Source: Nemertoderma westbladi | Taxonomy: Eukaryota; Animalia; Xenacoelomorpha | DNA length: 64,000 nucleotides | NCBI GenBank assembly: GCA_032718475.1 | Contig: JAUCBJ010003330.1 | Coordinates: 31,259 to 95,258 of the forward strand | Direction: 5' to 3' | Part shown: in pieces, positions 37,954 through 48,114 of the stretch | Position numbering within the stretch: position 1 is the stretch's first letter | How the letters are laid out: each line of letters starts with the position of its first letter | Translations under genes and position numbers: made by a program | The notes under the pieces: model-generated | Told to the model about the DNA's origin: nothing | Databases searched by the model: none | What the model saw: the letters and a program-made list of their open reading frames with translations, nothing else

Positions 37954-38309
37954 AACACAACAATCGCATCTTAATCACATAGAACCATTAATCAAAGGGT
38001 AGAAATCATAGTTCTGATTGTATTTGGCAGTAATCATTGAGATCGATTAAGAAACACAGCAAGAAATAAGCAGAAATTACAAATTTGCGAATTATTGCAA
38101 GAAAACAAATGGAAATACAGAATACACAGAATTATGCACAAAAACTGAGATTAGTGAGATGCACCTACCGGAAATACAGCCAATTTATAGGTGATTCATA
38201 AAGGATGATGCAATAATCCTCTGATTGGTTCCCCAATCCGCGCTACCATTAGACCAACCTGGAAGCAGCTAGGCCAATAAGGAAGCCGGATTGTGAACCT
38301 ATTCCTTCC

Positions 38310-38671
38310 AGAACCTTCCAGAGCATTCCATGGCCGCACATTGGAGCAATAAGATGTTCTATGCCCTATGATTGGCCCAACTCATCGTTCCATGTGTTGT
38401 ACGCACCTCATTGGTTTATCAAATTGTACCAAATGAAAATAAATTACCCCAAAATGCAAATTTCCCAACTGGGATTCGAACTCGTAACCTATCTGTAATG
38501 CAACCAACGCCTTAACCATCTGACCACTACGCCATGAGATTAACTACGGGTTTTATGTGTATTAATATGAATAGGCATATTACATTACTGTAACTTAATC
38601 AAAATGCGTCGGATTTTAGAAAGTTTTTACGTTAAACTACAAATGCTATCTTATAGTGAAATAATCCATCA
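38310..38671 (-). repeat. Shared (U3-side) part of the BEL-3 3' LTR
   Basis: Near-identical to 52092-52342 plus 53427-53537. Begins TG on the minus strand directly after the PPT-like TTTTCATGGAGCGG. Confidence 0.75.
38464..38533 (-). promoter_or_regulatory. tRNA-derived segment with Pol III A/B boxes inside the LTR (second copy 52247-52315)
   Basis: Minus strand GGCGTAGTGGTCAGATGGTTAAGGCG...GGTTACGAGTTCGAATCCC has an A box-like TGGTCAGATGG and a B box GTTCGAATCC. The acceptor stem does not pair. Confidence 0.65.
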
Positions 38672-40369
38672 CCGCTCCATGAAAACAGTAAGTAAGACTG
38701 TTTTCACCAATCGAAATATAAACTATTTACAAAATACTTCTAAATCTACTGGTGGGACCGAAAATATAAAATAATCACTACCTAATTATTACATACTTAA
38801 TATTGCAGGTACGGCGTAAATACAATCTATCATACATACAAAATACAAATTTACCAATTAACTTTAGTGCATAAAATACAAAAAAAGTTTTCGGTTATCA
38901 AGATAAGCAAATTAAACAAATCAGAACAAAACAAATCAGAACAAATCAAACAAATAATCTCAAGTTTTCAATCACTTGTGTCCTTCTGGGCTCCTCCCCG
39001 AGGCGCACCCACGAGGCGGACACCTTTCTACCACCCCTGGGGCCAGTCTGACTGCTTGTTATTATCAGACCGGGCCGGAGGGTGGCCCGATGCTTCCCGG
39101 GTTCAATTTTCAATTCCCCGATCACACCAGCACAGCTCTTCGAACGTGTAGCCAGATGGTCGGCTACTGTCAACTTACTGTGGCCTGACTGTACATTGAG
39201 CCAACTCAAAGTATAACAAAGAGTCAACCGGCAGGTGGACCAGTCGATAGCGATAGAGCACCAAGGTCGCCCTTGGGCCTAACCGACGGTCTTGTCCCAA
39301 GCGGGCTTGCGCTACCCAACATGGAATTTTGACTCATTTTCACCTGCCTCGCCAGCAGTATTGAAAAGACAATACTGTCTGTAGCTCAAAAGCTACTGAA
39401 CAAGTAACCACTTACCAGTCACTCAACAGATGTTCACAAAATCAAGTACACAACGGTAAGCACAAAATCGAACACATACCATGCACACACAGAAGACATA
39501 ATCAGGTAAGACAAAATCGGTGACAAATCAGAGGGGACAAAATTGTATCGACTCATAAAGAGTCGAGAGTACCTTATTTTGCCGTCAGGGCAAAATAACT
39601 TTGTGTGCACAAAGTATGCTGGGGCGCAGTAAAGATATGGTCCTACTAATACCAGCGGCGTCTGGACCAACTGGCAAGGGTTCCCATACTTACTCGCAGT
39701 GGCCACACATACAATCACGTGTACTCACGTACCCACAGCAACAGAAAGCTCAAAGACCCGAACAAATCCCAAAGACCAATCAGCTGAACATGGAGACAAT
39801 AACATATAGTATCAAAAAAACGGAACAGCTGATGGCCAAAGGAACCCATCCAAGCCCCAAGCAAACTGCCACTGATCGCCCACATACAAAACATAGTTCA
39901 CACCACATGAACCACAAATCACACCATGCCACCACCCCTACTGTGTACAGGACTGGCAGTACGGCAACATGCCGACTAGACGGTACCACGGCACCATGGC
40001 AATTCATGGTTCGTTAGACACGAGGGCCTTCAGTGACTCCCTAGCACTATATATATGATTTAACGTGCCCCCAGACCCTCACGAGTCCGCCGCCGCCTGT
40101 TAAGATTACCCATATAGAGACCTCACCTCTTTAGGTAATCTTTATATATTGCAAATATACATAATAAATTAACCAAATTAAATCAGTCTTATAAAATAAA
40201 CATAATTGCTATTATCTTTCAAATAAGTCTTAAAGTGTCCTCCTGACGAGCTAAAAAGATCGTCCTGCTGGTCTGGATATCTTCTCCTGAGCACTAATTG
40301 CAAACGGTAGGCTCGCAAGCCTTCCTTCTCCTTCGCAAGCCTTCCTTCGCTCCTCCAAAACCAACGTCC

Positions 40370-40477
40370 GAAATAAATACCCAAATATAATATCCAAATA
40401 TAAATATCCAATATAAATATCCAATATAAATATCCAATATAAACATCCAAATAAAATATCTGAATATAATATCCAAT
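40370..40477. repeat. Short tandem repeat (~14 bp AAATATCCAATATA) just 3' of BEL-3 ORF3
   Basis: About 7 degenerate units, bracketed by two hairpin motifs (40306, 40479). Confidence 0.8.
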
Positions 40478-40537
40478 CGGTAGGCTCGAAAGCCTTCCTT
40501 TCTTCATCTCGCCCTCCTATTCCTTGGCCGAACGGGC

Positions 40538-43500
40538 TCATCCACGCCCTCTAATACGATTGGGTGGTGGTCGGGATCGAACTGGACTCGGACTTCGGTG
40601 TCGAGCTGTCGGTGGTTCCAAAACGCTAGGAAAGGGGACGACGGGAGTTTCGCACATCCGTCGTGCGCTCAGTCCTCTAAATCCTCGTCCGATTCCAATT
40701 GTTGGCTTAACATCGGATCGAGTCTCCACAACGCTGGGAGGAAGTCGAAAGGGTGGGACTGTTCCGTCCGCTGACACCTTGCTCTCTGACGTCGTCTGAA
40801 TTCTAATGGGTTCCGGCAAAGCGTATCCTGTCCCTCCGCGTGGTTCTCTAGTGAGGGAAACTGTGCCCCAAGTCATCCGGATTTGCGACTTCGATGTCGT
40901 CCTCTCGGCGACATTTACTACCTTCTCTATCTCTTGTCCGGCCTTCTGGTCTCTAAGTATACGAAGTTGCAGATCATCCTGTGAGTGACGCGTCTTTTCG
41001 GCTAACGGCGTGGCCTTGAAGCCAGTCTCACACAAAACGTCCGTCTCGTCTAAAATACACGAGGTTACGTGTTTGTGATAAAATGCGCTCCTGTATGCCC
41101 AAGCTATCGAATGCCAGGCTCCTCGATTCTGCTGTTTGACTCGCAATTTGTCGAATTCCCCGGCGGTAATCTTGTTCACCACAGTTTGAAAGTTCCAAGT
41201 GTTCTTGTTGTCAGGGTGTACCTGTAGAAAGTAGTCCCGTCCCGCACAACCTTAAATCCGCTATCCAATGGCAATATATCCAGCACCTCCAAGAGTTCAT
41301 TGTATTGAGGCATAGCTGACACGTATCCTTCCTTCGACTTTATGAGAGGGTTTACGGCCCAAAATCCCAAGTGTGCTCTCATAGGGAAATGGCGTCGCTG
41401 TGTCGATACATGCTCGTCTGCTAGATTCTCCCAATGGTCGAATAGCTGTCGAATGATTTTAACTGACATGTGCTCATAGGGGATGTCCCTAAGTTGACAT
41501 TCGGATGCCCTATGACCTTTAATATTACAATACGTGCACTGCACCACGAAACGCCAGCAAGTGTAGAAAGTGTGCGAACGTTGATCCCCGCACCAGTTAC
41601 ATACTAAGTCTGGTAGAGATATATGTTTCGCTCCGCATTTCTTTGCGTGGGGGCCAGTTGCCCCGCATCTGCCACAAATAGTGTTGGCAGGGTACCAAAC
41701 TCGCTCATAGATAAGATCTCCGATGGGGCGAGCGCTACCGTCCACATGATAATTCTCATCATCCGGGTCAGTCAGTATGTTCGTCTCTGTAGGTTGTACA
41801 CAAACCATGGCATCGCTTTTCTCCAACTCGCGTATCTCAGTTCGTGTCTTCCTCGGAAGGTTCTCCTCTATCTCTATGAGTTGCCGCAACGGTTCGTCTA
41901 TTATCGCAAACTCGGTCGGATCCACATCGTCGTGATGGGTGGTAGGCTCGCGAGCCTTCCAGGATCCTTCCGGGCCTTTGAATTCCGCGTGGCGTTCCCT
42001 GTTGTAGGGTGCTAACGTAAACATCGACGGTCTGTCGACTAGGCTTCCCACGTGAGTGAGATAGATGTCCCTGAAAACGCTAAGTCCCGCTCACGTGAAA
42101 ACTTCGCAGTGCGCATCGGTGTTGTAAAAGGGTTGGAGAAATCGTCGGAATACATCAGTATGCGTCCTTCCTCTGTCGTAAAAGGTATGTCCTTCACCGA
42201 GACATAACGGATGTCGCTTTAGAGTCCTAGACACTACATCGGCGATGAAACAAACGTTTACCGAAGATTCTATCGCCAAATAGTATTGCAAGATTATTCG
42301 TGGAGGTGAAGTAATCGCCCAGTACACGCAACCTCGCCACTTTAGCTGTGACTCGAACTCGTTTATGCTGGGAGTATCTCCCTCTCCGTATACGTCCGTG
42401 TATTTGCTCATCTTACTCTCCTTATAATCCCAACTAAACATTAGGTATGAGATATAACCCGTTCCAGTTTTTAGCGTGTTATACTCCCTAAAATATCCTT
42501 GCTCAATAGCCCAAAGCAACAATGGTCTAGTATCCACGTATGGCATAGGCAATCGATCCTCATCCGTGGGCATTCCTGCGAAATCGCTAATAAGGTCATC
42601 CCGTACACCGGATCCGATCTTGACGATGCTCTTGTCAAGCACAACGTCTCGTATGGCCTTTGGCAACATTCTAGCTTCTATGCTACAAGCCAGGTCCATG
42701 GATTTAACTATCCGTTTTATCATCGCCTGTCTTTGCGTCATTCCTTCCGGCATAGGCATCTTTCTGTTGCTCCTCTGTCGGCTGAAGACATGTAACACGC
42801 CATCTGGTGCTCGAATCTGTATGGTCTTCGAAGTGAGGCTTTGCTGATGGCTTCGTCCTTCATTATCGTAAAATATATAACCATTCTCCTTCAGAGATCG
42901 GCTAGTCGCATCCCAATCGTCGAGTAAATCGTCGGTAGGGTTCCAAATTCTCCCAATTGACTTTTCATCATCGAAACTAATAGGTTTACCGGTCCAATTG
43001 GTCGCAATATTGGTGTCGGTTTCAAACGTTCCGACTCCAATCCATAATCGAATCGTTTTCGTCAGATATCCTCGCAAGATACAAGGTGCGATATCCGTCC
43101 CCGCGCGATCCACTTCCTTAAAGTCTGTAATATGTGGAGGCACATTGCGTACGATTTTCTGAACTATCGTTCTACGCAACTCGGCTGACTCTAACACATC
43201 ACCAAAGGTAACCGATAGGAGGAAATCCAGGTTCAAAATGATCTCCGGGTGTTCAACTATAGGAATCTCATAAGTTGTCTCCTCTCGGGTCGGTATACTA
43301 ATAGGAAAGCTGGTTGGTCTCGCGACCGGTACTATCGCTTTAGTAGGATGGGGCTGAGGTTCTCGCGTCATCTCGACATGAGGTATCTGTAGTCTCTGCG
43401 ACAAACGCTGAGCAAATGTGATACTATAGAAGAGCTTGGGTGTCATCTCCTTAGGTTCGGTTTGATCTTGGGATATCCAGTAAAATGGTAGGCTCGCGAG

Positions 43501-44262
43501 CCTTCCGCCGAACTCCTCGATCTCGCTTTTCTCGTACGCCTTGTATGCCCTGTAGAGGCTCAAAGCTTCCCATTTTTCTTGCGTCGACTTATTAGACTCG
43601 TCCACTACCATATTGTAGACGTCTGGTTCGACTAATTTGGGTTCGTAAATAACGATCTCACCCGCGTTCGGTCCACTCATCTTGAACGAATGGTACGGTA
43701 CGCCTTCTTGGTAACGCAGACTTTTGTGGTATGAGCATCGCGCTAATATCGGCTCGGGGTTCTCCGAGTTCAATCGCATAGGAATCGCGTTGTCTTGCTC
43801 GCGCATACATGCTCCACATTTGTAAAACAGTTTGTATATAGAGAACGCGTCCTTTGTCTCTGAATCCGCTCCTCGAGCGCGTCTATAAAGATGCATTCCA
43901 TCAAATTCGTCCCTAGCTGCAGGCAAGGGTTCGTTCACCGTCAAATATTGCAGCGTATGATATAATCGGCGTATCTCCGTGTCTGGATCCTCGCAAATGT
44001 CACTGGCGTCGCATAACGCATCGTAAGGATACAACGCATTGAACTCTGTGCGTAATTCCTCCGCTCTTTTGTTATAAGCATCCAATCGCTGTTTTGTAAC
44101 ATTCGGGTCCGCCTTGGATTTAGCGAGCTTGGCTGTACTCCTAGCCATACTCTCCACTCCAAACACGCTAAAGTTTTTAGCTCCATAACGATTAAACGGC
44201 GCCTAGTGCTCCTGTTCCTGGGTAAACCCCTGACGTAACTCCTTATAAATCTTCTCCGCCAT
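40538..44262 (-). pseudogene. BEL-3 accessory ORF3 (~1240 aa reconstructed): N-terminal unknown domain, DEDDy 3'-5' exonuclease, three zinc knuckles, Arg/Pro-rich tail
   Basis: ATG 44262 is in frame with 42091..44166 across one TAG. ORF 41176..42051 is in the same frame across TGA 42093-42091. ORF 40538..41182 overlaps by frameshift. Motifs: YIFYDNEG, TIQIRAPDGVLHVF, LPKAIRDVVLDKSIVKIGSGVRDDL, YVDTR, LKWRG, YYLAIES; knuckles CGRC..H..C, CNWC..H..C, CTYC..H..C. Confidence 0.8.
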
Positions 44263-44813
44263 TGTATACGCGTATATATGGTTACATATCGTTACGTTTC
44301 TACTAGATGAAGCACAAATAGAGGTTAGATGTGAGGTGACTTAGAGTTTGTTGGCTTTTGGCTCAACTTTTCGGATTCGCGTGATTTCGCATTGGCTCCT
44401 AATCCAAAAAATTGTGCCGATAAAAAACGATTTCCGGGTAAACTAGCCGCGAGTCTAAAAAACTCACCTTTTAATTTCCCAAACTACATTCCCAAAGAAA
44501 TAATGCAGTCGAGAATTAGTTTGGTCTAAATAATAGTAGACACGACTACGTAGAACAAGGCCGATTTTCTTTTCCAAAAAAATTTATCGGTAGGCTCGCA
44601 AGCCTTCCATCTGCTCTTGTCCTCCCCAATTTTAATTTTTATCTAGCTGTATTCTAGAATTCGCATTCACTGGAGAATCATTTTTCTTAAATTTAAATCC
44701 AACTAAATGGATTTGTCTAATAATTTTTGAAAAATTGTCTCACTTGTGGGTTCCAAGTGGAATTCCATTCCTACTGTACACACAATCCCGCTCCTATGTG
44801 ATACATAAGGGTA

Positions 44814-46436
44814 CTACCGTCCATGTTCACATATAAAGACAATGGTTGAAATAGAGGGCAAATAATACTTCTGCCATATTTCCCAGAATTTATTTGCAAG
44901 TAGCTGAGTGATTTTCCAATCTTTGTTGCCGTATCCGTCGCTATTAACGGGTACCGAAATGGGCAACAATGTCGTTGGCGCCTGCATAAGCAGGTGCGCT
45001 GGTGTCAAGGCAAATTGTGCGTCGTTATTGTCTGGGATCAAAGCGATCGGTCGAGTGTTCAAAATCGCTTCGATTTCTATTAACAACGTCGTCAGTTGGT
45101 TGTCTGTCAAAATGTGTTGCGTCGGTATTACTTTAGCCATAGCTGGTTTGATTGAGCCAATCAGCCTTTTCCAAACGCCGCCTCTCCACGGACTGTCTGG
45201 AGTGTTGAAGTTCCAAACAATACGATGAGGACGTAGTTCCTTGGAAATCTGGTTTTGGTCCAACTTTCTTAAAGCTCTGGTTATTTCGTTCCGTGCACCC
45301 ACAAAGTTTGTCCCTTGGTCACAATAAATGGATTTGACCAATCCACGTCTAGCGATAAATTGCCGTAAGGCTAGGATAAAGGCATTGGTGGTCAAATCTG
45401 TCACACGCTCAATATGGACAGCTCTGCTGGCCATGCAAATGAAGATTAATCCCCAACGTTTTACCTGTACCCTTCCGCGTTTCGCGATTATAGGTCCAAA
45501 ACAGTCTATCCCTGTCTCAGTGAAAGGGGGTCTAAACGCCTGTAATCTTGCAAGTGGTAGTTCACTCATTTCTTGGTGTCCTATCCTCGCGTGCACCTTC
45601 TTACAAATCATACAGTTCCGTGTTACCGAACTCAGTGCCTTGCTAAGCCTAATCAGTACAAACCTCGATCATAAGTGTGATAGGCAGTGATGTCTACCCA
45701 CGTGTTTGAGTTGTACATGTGCGTCCAGTATCATAGCGCGCTGTAACTCATGGTGTTGCGGTATGATGATAGGATACCTAAAGTCTAGTGCAAAGTCAAT
45801 GTTCTGGAGTCTGGACTTGTGACAAAGTAAGCCCCTATAAATAATCGGACTCCAACTCAAAATCGGTGAAGACTTGATCTGTTTACCTTGATTGATCGCT
45901 GTGAACTCTCGTGCGAAATATCGCAATTGATAATGTCTTATAATATCAACTTCACAATGACCAACTTCCTCTAAGGTAAGTCTTCTAGGAAAGTCGCGTT
46001 TGCCTCTGGCATATTGTCTCAAACGTTTGAGCCATGCTAACTTGCGGCACGCGTCAGTCCATGATCTAGTTAGGTTTACTATCCTGTCAATGTAAGTGTT
46101 AGTGACGTCATCAGGTAAGGTATAGTCATAATGTGGATACTTGTTTGGACTTGGTAGGCCCACGGGCCTTCCGGTAGGTTTGTCTGAGTCCCCAAGTATG
46201 TCAATCTCCACGGTCTTACCTTTACTGTCCGCACCTAGTGAATCGACTGGCAGTAACGGTTTCAACTCTACAATGTTAGTGTGTTCCTGTGAGTCTGTAA
46301 GTTTCCTAACCTTAGTCACACGCTTAACTGTAGGTGGTAAGTCAAGTATTTTCTTTGAGCGGAGTGTGATTGCTATGGCCACACCTTTGTCGTCCAAAGA
46401 AGTCAAATTCGGTAAGTTTTTAATAGTCCGCTCCAA
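44814..46436 (-). pseudogene. pol: BEL-3 integrase region (pre-IN linker, HHCC finger, DDE core; frameshifted)
   Basis: RYPIIIP...AHVQLKHVG; LPLARL...PFTETGIDCFGP; WGLIFICMASRAVHIE; CDQGTNFVGA; SPWRGGVWKRLIG; LNTRP; LTPAHLL. Confidence 0.92.
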
Positions 46437-46581
46437 TGGGTCTTCTACTGGAGTGTCTAGTAGACAGTCTGGTGAAATGTCTAGTAGACAGTCTGGTGAG
46501 ACATAGCGCGGAACATCCGGCGAAATGTCCTGTCGTCGGTCCCAAAGAAAGTCAAGCGTAGTTTCTGTCAGAAAGTCTGGT

Positions 46582-48114
46582 CTAAAGTCTGGTGGGACAG
46601 TCTGTTGAGATGTCTGGTGGAAAGGCTGGTGAGACGTCCGGTAGACAATCCGTCGAGAGTTCCATAAAACAATCTGGTGAATAATCCGGAGAACAATCTG
46701 GTGTCGCTTCTGGTGAATAATCTGGCGAGTAATCTCCTCGATCTATCGCTCCCACACTTCCTTCCTCGATTTGCTTCTGTATCCCGCGATATCGAGCTTC
46801 CATGCGATCCAGGGCAGACAAGTCGTGTCCAGCTCGCGATCTTATAGATCTATCTCTCGCGTCGAGTTCGAGGTCCGCCTGCGCGTTCGCTGCCTCGCGC
46901 TATCTACGATTTAGTTTGAATTATAGTTGAATCTCCCTTTCGCGTCGATCTGCTACTTGTTGTTATGCCGCTAACTCCGCTTCTTGTATAGCTAGCGTTA
47001 ATTTGTCTCACTTCCAACTTGGCGCCTGCGTCAGATGCCGCTTTCTTCCGAGCTAACTCCGCTGCGTTTACTGTCGCAACTCGTGCTAATTCGTCGGCTG
47101 CAGCTTCTTGTGTCAAATCTTCCTCCAGTCTTCTTAGTTCCAAGGCTTCGAATTCTGCTTGCGCTTTGAGTTGCACAATCCTTGCCTCGTCTTCTCTTTG
47201 TTATTTCTCTCCCTCGATGGCAATCTGTGCCATCTGCCGTTACGCTTCTTCCTCGACAACTTGTTGTCGGTGTGCAACTTCCTGTTGTTGTCGAGTAATT
47301 ACAGATGCTGTTCTACTAACGTTGCCAACGTCGCTCCGCATGCTAACGAATGATCTATCCAGTGGTGGATTTTGGTAGGTTCGCGAGCCTTCCGTAGTAA
47401 GAACTTCCGTCGTCCCTCGCAGTTCGACTTCCGGTTCTTCGGTACGCCGTTTCTACGAAGAAAATTGGTGAGCGTCTCTAACCTCCTGTCCAGGCAGTAT
47501 AGTTCTTCTTCCTCTTCGGGTTGTAACAACGCGTCCGAAACTGACTCACCTAGCAGTTGGTCGAACTGCTCCTGTTGAGCCAATCTTATTACTGACTTAA
47601 ACTGGATAAGGCTTTCCCTCACACTTACCAACTTATCTATTATCTTTACCTGAGTAAAGTTGTCGCCACACAACTCTGCAAGTTCGTGTAAACCTTTAAG
47701 TTTATCTACGGAGGCATGTACCCTACTTTCTATCCTTACCTGTAAGGTGTAGAACTCGTATCTCGACATCGGGGCGGTTAACTCGCGTAAAACGCGAAAA
47801 CCTTCTCCGAGGTTTCGAGTAATCTGGGCCATGTGTCCTCCTATACTTCTAATGACATTTTCTTGGCTTCCCGCCAAGCTTACCATGTCTGGTTCCCGTG
47901 ACCTGGTCTGCGGGACTGTAAGGAAATCCTCGATCCTGCCGTCGCCATGCATTGTGGCTTCCGGTATTTCCATTCGGGGTACCGGCGACACATGCGGTGT
48001 GACATCGGTGGAATCTCGGGTTCTCCTTCTCGGTTCGTCTACTGTTGATCTGTCTGGGTCGCACGAGTCATAGTCGGTAGGTGGGTATCGAGTCAAATGT
48101 GGTGTGTCACTCAT
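46582..48114 (-). pseudogene. gag: BEL-3 gag N-terminal part (fragmented; remainder of gag, PR, RT and RH missing)
   Basis: ATG 48114 ORF followed by coiled-coil-like Ala/Glu-rich fragments, in the position upstream of integrase and resembling the BEL-1 gag N-terminus. No knuckles or catalytic motifs remain. Confidence 0.6.

Larger units (their letters stand above)
34420..37962 (-). mobile_element. Internally deleted Ty3/Gypsy (Mag-like) LTR retrotransposon
   Basis: LTR copies at 34420-34730 (truncated) and 37641-37962 (TGTCATG...ACAACA on +). TSD ATCGC at 34415-34419 and 37963-37967. PBS-like TGGCGCAGTGTG on the minus strand from 37071. Gag-protease ORF present. Confidence 0.85.

Noticed and set aside
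38464-38533. Functional tRNA gene (also 52247-52315)
   Set aside because: Acceptor and anticodon stems do not pair; only the A/B boxes are retained.
39434-40017. ORFs in the BEL-3 3' untranslated region
   Set aside because: Low-complexity translations on both strands with non-ATG starts and no motifs.
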